A stretch of DNA of 29,792 nt from a virus (Duplodnaviria > Caudoviricetes). Positions 26,219 through 29,792 of this stretch are shown one piece after another (the first letter of the stretch is position 1; each line of letters begins with the position of its first letter). The translations under genes and the position numbers were made by a program. The notes under the pieces are model-generated. The model saw only the letters and a list, made by a program, of their open reading frames with translations. It was not told where the DNA came from and made no database searches. The DNA lies in IMG/VR virus record IMGVR_UViG_3300048575_000390, positions 1-29,792 of that record; one strand, written 5' to 3'.

Positions 26219-26494
26219 TCAGAAAGTTTCCCGGCGCTCGGCCAGGAGTTTAAGGGCTTTCCACGCGCCGGCATCGCGGGCGGCCGAGTAGGCTCCCAAC
26301 CCCTGAAGGAGCAGCTTTTTGGCAAACACCGACGTCTGCACCCCCTCCGCCGCGGCCAGCCGGGTGAGCAGATCCACCAGATCGGCGTCCAGGGCGTTGA
26401 GCGTGATGCTCTCGGTCCCGGCCTTGGAAGCAAAGCGGGCCAGGGGTTCGGGGAGCGGTTCGGTGTTGGGCTTGCGGCGAAAAAATTTCAGCAT
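26219..26494 (-). CDS. Small regulator candidate (RHH/CII position, 91 aa)
   Basis: GAGG RBS; ESITLNALDADLVDLLTRLAAAEGVQTSVFAKKLL has a strand-helix-helix pattern. Confidence 0.6.
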   Translation of the reverse strand: MLKFFRRKPNTEPLPEPLARFASKAGTESITLNALDADLVDLLTRLAAAEGVQTSVFAKKLLLQGLGAYSAARDAGAWKALKLLAERRETF

Positions 26495-26511
26495 GGGGAT
26501 CCCTCGTGAAA

Positions 26512-26730
26512 ATGATGCACGTGAGCGTCGAGCGTGACGTGGATGGCCTGCTGGTAACGATGGGCGTTATTGACTACGCGGCCGCCCATTTCCGCCGCTT
26601 CCGCCGGCCAGCCGGCACCAGTCGTGCGGAGATCGTCCGCGAGGCCGAACGCATGGCCCTGGAACGCTGGCCGGGTGGAATCATGTTCCGGCTCGCCCTG
26701 CCCCTCGGAGACTGCGGCCATGTCGAATAA
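26512..26730 (+). CDS. Hypothetical protein, antisense to the PR operon
   Basis: Strong G/C third-position bias on the plus strand; overlaps the next plus ORF; start uncertain (26506 or 26512). Confidence 0.5.
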   Translation: MMHVSVERDVDGLLVTMGVIDYAAAHFRRFRRPAGTSRAEIVREAERMALERWPGGIMFRLALPLGDCGHVE

Positions 26731-26905
26731 ATGCGGCGACTGCGCCGAGTGGGAGCGGTCCCCGGTCATGCGCCCCGGGCCGGTCGAGGAGAGGGCGTGC
26801 CTCAAGGGGTACAAGCTCGTGCGGGCGGAGACGGAGGCCGATTCGGTGTGCTTTGTGGTCATCACTGAAGACTCTCCCAAGAACGAACGGCCCCATGGGC
26901 TGTAA
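26720..26905 (+). CDS. Small Cys4 protein (61 aa), antisense to the PR operon
   Basis: GGAG RBS; MSNKCGDCAEW..C..C; almost all codons end in G/C. Confidence 0.55.
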   Translation: MSNKCGDCAEWERSPVMRPGPVEERACLKGYKLVRAETEADSVCFVVITEDSPKNERPHGL

Positions 26906-27026
26906 CCGTCACCAGGGGCTTGGGCATCGTGATGTTGACCCGGATAGGTCTGCCGAAAATAAGGATGGCCGCACCCATACCGACAAACGCGCCGAGGCAG
27001 GCGGAAAGACAGATTCCCCAGTCCAT
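26862..27026 (-). CDS. 54-aa membrane peptide missing from the ORF track
   Basis: TGATG coupling to the cro stop; MDWGICLSACLGAFVGMGAAILIFGRP has one hydrophobic segment. Confidence 0.55.
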   Translation of the reverse strand: MDWGICLSACLGAFVGMGAAILIFGRPIRVNITMPKPLVTVTAHGAVRSWESLQ

Positions 27027-27424
27027 CACGCCCCCACCTCATCCCCAACCTGCTGCCGCCCCTTCCCCCGCATCGCCGGGTACGGGTCCGGGCAGCGCGA
27101 ATGGACGTCGACAAAATCGCGCCCGGCGGGGGTGTCGGGTGACGCGGCTATCGGGGTGCCGCAGGACGTGCAGGTGAGGAGGCCGGTGCGCTCGTCGTGG
27201 ACGATCCAGGAGGGCGTGTCTGGGGAGGATTCGAAGGAGGGGCAGTCCGCTTCATATTGGTCCAAACCCTCATCGATAGCGCGCAAGGTGTTCACCCCAG
27301 GGTTTGGCGTGATCCCCTTCGCGATCCTGACCACGGTGTCACGGCTCAACCCGGACAGTCTGGCCACACGGGCAAAGAATCCACGGGAGGCAGCATGACG
27401 GTTCAAACGCTCGATGGTGTTCAT
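27026..27424 (-). CDS. cro: Cro-like HTH repressor with C-terminal CxxC..HxxC extension (132 aa)
   Basis: ARVARLSGLSRDTVVRIAKGITPNPGVNTL is an XRE-type HTH; divergent from cI. Confidence 0.8.
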   Translation of the reverse strand: MNTIERLNRHAASRGFFARVARLSGLSRDTVVRIAKGITPNPGVNTLRAIDEGLDQYEADCPSFESSPDTPSWIVHDERTGLLTCTSCGTPIAASPDTPAGRDFVDVHSRCPDPYPAMRGKGRQQVGDEVGA

Positions 27425-27431
27425 AAAGAGC

Positions 27432-27459
27432 ATTCTACGAATATTTTCGTAGAGGTCAA
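27432..27459 (-). promoter_or_regulatory. PR-like promoter TTGACC-N16-TAGAAT
   Basis: Near-consensus hexamers; operator fills the spacer; 7 nt from the -10 to the cro ATG. Confidence 0.8.
27436..27451. promoter_or_regulatory. Operator OR1 TACGAATATTTTCGTA
   Basis: TACGAA-N4-TTCGTA palindrome identical to two copies at the PL region. Confidence 0.88.
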
Positions 27460-27517
27460 TGGCAATCACGAAAATTTGCCAAGTGCTCTTTTTTGCGCAG
27501 ATGGGTATGGGCTGAAT

Positions 27518-28252
27518 ATGGATCTCTATGAGAAAATTTTGGCTGGCCTCCAGTCCAGAGCCCCGAATATGTCCGCCCTGGCCGAGAAGGCGAATATAGG
27601 CTTTGATCAAGTCAGGAATTTTTATAAGGGCACGAATACAGGAATAAAATCAGTTGCGGCCATGCTTGAGGCCGTTGGCGCCAGGGTACAATGGCCCGAC
27701 GAGCGCCAGGACGTGACCCGCGAGGTAGTATTTGCCAATCCCAAACTAGTGAATGTCCCCAATTGCGCTCCGCCCCCTGAGGCCCACAACTACTTGGCCG
27801 TTCCGCTGGTTGGCTGGTCAGGAGCCGGTGGCGGCGTGCATGACCCCATCGATTTGGATGGCAATTATTTGATGGTCCTGCGAAACCATCCATCCATCCG
27901 CACAAGATCCGACTTAATTGGTGTGAAAATAGCACGGTGGGAAACGAGCATGAGTCCGCTCATGAACCCCGGCGATATCATCGTCGTGGACAGACGGGAT
28001 ATTTACGACGATCCGTCTCCTCCAGGGAATATCTACTTGGTCCGCGATCCTGCAACGCCAGGAAGCGTTATGATCAAAAGAGTCATATTCCAGGAAAGTC
28101 TGAAGGGGAACCTTGACATTGTTTTCTATTCAGAAAATGCGTCAAAGCATCCTCCTATGGTCCATAACTATGAACATGTTTTTTCAAGCGATATCGAGAA
28201 TGCAATTGTCGGAAGAGTCGTAGTGTGCTTCTCAGATATGACGGACAAATAG
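27518..28252 (+). CDS. cI: CI-like repressor, HTH plus S24 autopeptidase (244 aa)
   Basis: HTH MSALAEKANIGFDQVRNF; VPLVG..GAG cleavage site; catalytic SMSP..PGD and IKRV; likely start ATG 27518. Confidence 0.92.
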   Translation: MDLYEKILAGLQSRAPNMSALAEKANIGFDQVRNFYKGTNTGIKSVAAMLEAVGARVQWPDERQDVTREVVFANPKLVNVPNCAPPPEAHNYLAVPLVGWSGAGGGVHDPIDLDGNYLMVLRNHPSIRTRSDLIGVKIARWETSMSPLMNPGDIIVVDRRDIYDDPSPPGNIYLVRDPATPGSVMIKRVIFQESLKGNLDIVFYSENASKHPPMVHNYEHVFSSDIENAIVGRVVVCFSDMTDK

Positions 28253-28253
28253 T

Positions 28254-28634
28254 ATGACAAAAATATTTTTTATAGCTTTTTTGGTTTTGTCGTGTACTGG
28301 CTGCGCGTCTAAAATAATGCAGTCCTACGTTGGGAAAGATGTCCGTGAAGTAGTATTGGATTATGGTCCACCTGCCAACGCGATCGACATGGGGGAAGGA
28401 AAGAGGGCATTTCAGTGGGTTAAGGGAAGGTCGTATTCAACTCCTGTCGTGGCTACAACTAATGCCTCGGTGAATAAAACGAAAAGTTTTGACTGGTATA
28501 CGTCTAATACTATTGTAAGCGGCGGGGAGACAGTCTATTCAAATTGTATATATACAATTATGGGGGAATGGGATGGTGGTAAAAAAGGATGGATAGTTAC
28601 TGGGTTTAGAAAACCGAGTTTTATTTGCGAGTAA
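28254..28634 (+). CDS. Lipoprotein, superinfection-exclusion candidate (126 aa)
   Basis: Signal peptide ending SCTGC; AT-rich; 1 nt after the cI stop. Confidence 0.75.
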   Translation: MTKIFFIAFLVLSCTGCASKIMQSYVGKDVREVVLDYGPPANAIDMGEGKRAFQWVKGRSYSTPVVATTNASVNKTKSFDWYTSNTIVSGGETVYSNCIYTIMGEWDGGKKGWIVTGFRKPSFICE

Positions 28635-28679
28635 CATATTACAGTTTGGTATATATAATTACTAGAAAGGTATATTATT

Positions 28680-28904
28680 ATGAAGAATGATTTATATACA
28701 AAATTTATCCTTACAGTAATAGCTTTTACGCTTATTTTAATTGCCATAAAAATATATGAACCGACTAGAAAAGTTGTTACTCTTAGAGATTTGTATAATA
28801 TAAAATTTGAACAAAACAAAGAAATGGCCAGACAAAAAGCCTTGGAGATAAGGTTGGACACCCCCATCGTAAGCGTACAGGGAGGAACAATATCCGTAGA
28901 ATAG
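28680..28904 (+). CDS. Small membrane-anchored protein (74 aa)
   Basis: AAGG RBS; DLYTKFILTVIAFTLILIAI anchor; very AT-rich. Confidence 0.7.
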   Translation: MKNDLYTKFILTVIAFTLILIAIKIYEPTRKVVTLRDLYNIKFEQNKEMARQKALEIRLDTPIVSVQGGTISVE

Positions 28905-28946
28905 AAGGGCTAGTCAAATATTAGTATGGATTATCCCAGTCGATGG

Positions 28947-28972
28947 TCCCCGCTCAGGCGGGGATTTTTTTT
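28947..28972 (+). terminator. Intrinsic terminator of the cI operon
   Basis: TCCCCGC-tcag-GCGGGGA followed by T8. Confidence 0.9.
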
Positions 28973-28982
28973 GCGCCCTTTT

Positions 28983-29030
28983 TACGAAAATATTCGTAAC
29001 TAAGGTTTGACTTCTACGAATATTTTCGTA
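28983..29030. promoter_or_regulatory. Operator pair OL (28983-28998 and 29015-29030)
   Basis: TACGAAAATATTCGTA and its reverse complement, 32 bp apart. Confidence 0.88.
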
Positions 29031-29034
29031 AACT
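29007..29034 (+). promoter_or_regulatory. PL-like promoter TTGACT-N16-TAAACT
   Basis: Same geometry as PR, with the operator in the spacer. Confidence 0.8.
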
Positions 29035-29144
29035 CTCTCTCACCGACGCGCCAAGCGAGACACCGCCGAACCCTGGAACGCAAGGCGGCCCGGCAACGGA
29101 GCCCCGAAGGGGCAGACACCGGGACCAGGGAGGAGGCGGACACG

Positions 29145-29249
29145 ATGCGAAGGCGGGACGGAAAAAGAATTTTCCACCCTCGCAAAGGCCAACGTGTGCC
29201 GCCAGCGGCGGCCGATGGGGGCCAGCAGCGGGTGGATTGGCAGAGGTAA
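29145..29249 (+). CDS. 34-aa Arg-rich peptide, first ORF of the PL transcript
   Basis: GGAGGAGG RBS; MRRRDGKRIFHPRKGQRVPPAAADGGQQRVDWQR. Confidence 0.45.
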   Translation: MRRRDGKRIFHPRKGQRVPPAAADGGQQRVDWQR

Positions 29250-29327
29250 GGCCCCCCCCTCAACCCCGGGCCGTCCCGTCTCCCCTGATGCGCGGGGCGG
29301 CCCAATAACAAACCCAAGGAGCCCGTC

Positions 29328-29792
29328 GTGGCCGAAGACAAAAACAAGGACGTCCCCGCCGTGACGCACGGCTTCAAAGGATTCGACAAGGACTTCAAGT
29401 GCCGTGGGTTTCGGTTCGAGCCAGGCCAGACCTTCGAGGAGGAGCAGGAGCCGGAGATTTGCAAAAACGGCTTCCACTTTTGCGAACACCCCATGGACTG
29501 CTTTGACTACTATCCTCCGGCCCTGTCCCGGTATTGCACTGTCTCCACGGACTGCGTTTCTCCGCAGACGCACAACGACACCAAGCGCGTCACCAAGCGC
29601 ATCAGCATCGGGGCCGAACTGACCATTGCCGGTCTCGTGAAAGCCGCCGTCGAATACACCTGGGAACGTGCGACAGTCGAGGCTGGTGCCCACGCCACGG
29701 GCTACCAGGGCGCGGCATCGGCCACGGGCTACCAGGGCGCGGCATCGGCCACGGGCGACCGGGGCGCGGCATCGGCCACGGGCGACCGGGGC
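29328..29792 (+). CDS. Phage early protein with 9-aa repeats (DUF7666-like, from recall), truncated by the window end
   Basis: AAGGAG plus GTG; GFKGFDKDFKCRGF..CKNGFHFCEHPMDCFDYY, then ATG(YQ/DR)GAAS repeats; absent from the ORF track. Confidence 0.8.
   Translation, partial: MAEDKNKDVPAVTHGFKGFDKDFKCRGFRFEPGQTFEEEQEPEICKNGFHFCEHPMDCFDYYPPALSRYCTVSTDCVSPQTHNDTKRVTKRISIGAELTIAGLVKAAVEYTWERATVEAGAHATGYQGAASATGYQGAASATGDRGAASATGDRG
29694..29792 (+). repeat. 27-bp coding tandem repeat, at least 3.7 copies
   Basis: GCCACGGGC(TACCAG/GACCGG)GGCGCGGCATCG. Confidence 0.95.

Larger units (their letters stand above)
1..29792. mobile_element. Temperate P22-like podophage/prophage segment, partial
   Basis: Continuous lambdoid order of immunity, replication, lysis, packaging, head, short tail and ejection genes; CI/Cro switch present; no host genes seen. 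Confidence 0.97.

Noticed and set aside
27197-27610. Extended starts for cI (27197) and cro (27610)
   Set aside because: They would overlap each other and the operator/promoter; the HTH domains begin at 27518 and 27424.
29000-29698. Minus-strand ORFs at the right end
   Set aside because: Shadows of the plus-strand gene at 29328, which the ORF track missed because it lacks a stop in the window.
29694-29792. 27-bp repeats as a CRISPR array or DGR repeat
   Set aside because: Head-to-tail in-frame coding repeats with no spacers; no reverse transcriptase in the window.

Overview
The whole window is one temperate phage or prophage with P22-like podovirus architecture, cut at both ends; no integrase or att site is visible. 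On the minus strand, reading from right to left: cro, small early genes, a Cas4-like nuclease, a Toprim primase-helicase, a putative origin, RusA, a small HTH protein, a lysis cassette, TerS/TerL, portal, scaffold, P22-type coat, gp4/gp10/needle-like tail proteins, a GNAT-like protein, three ejection proteins (one a 1828-aa multidomain protein) and a four-gene tail adhesin module. On the plus strand at the right end: a CI (S24) repressor, two AT-rich envelope genes, a terminator, the PL-like promoter and the start of the other early operon. The immunity switch can be read directly: three identical 16-bp operators (TACGAATATTTTCGTA), two of them in TTGAC-N16 promoters. The most unusual items are a phospholipase A2-like gene in a lysis cassette with no clear two-component spanin, a structured PL leader before a 34-aa Arg-rich ORF, a leaderless Cro fused to a Zn-finger-like tail, two plus-strand genes inside the PR operon, and mirrored 18-aa repeats in an ejection protein. 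All calls come from motif recognition and gene order by eye; no searches were run.
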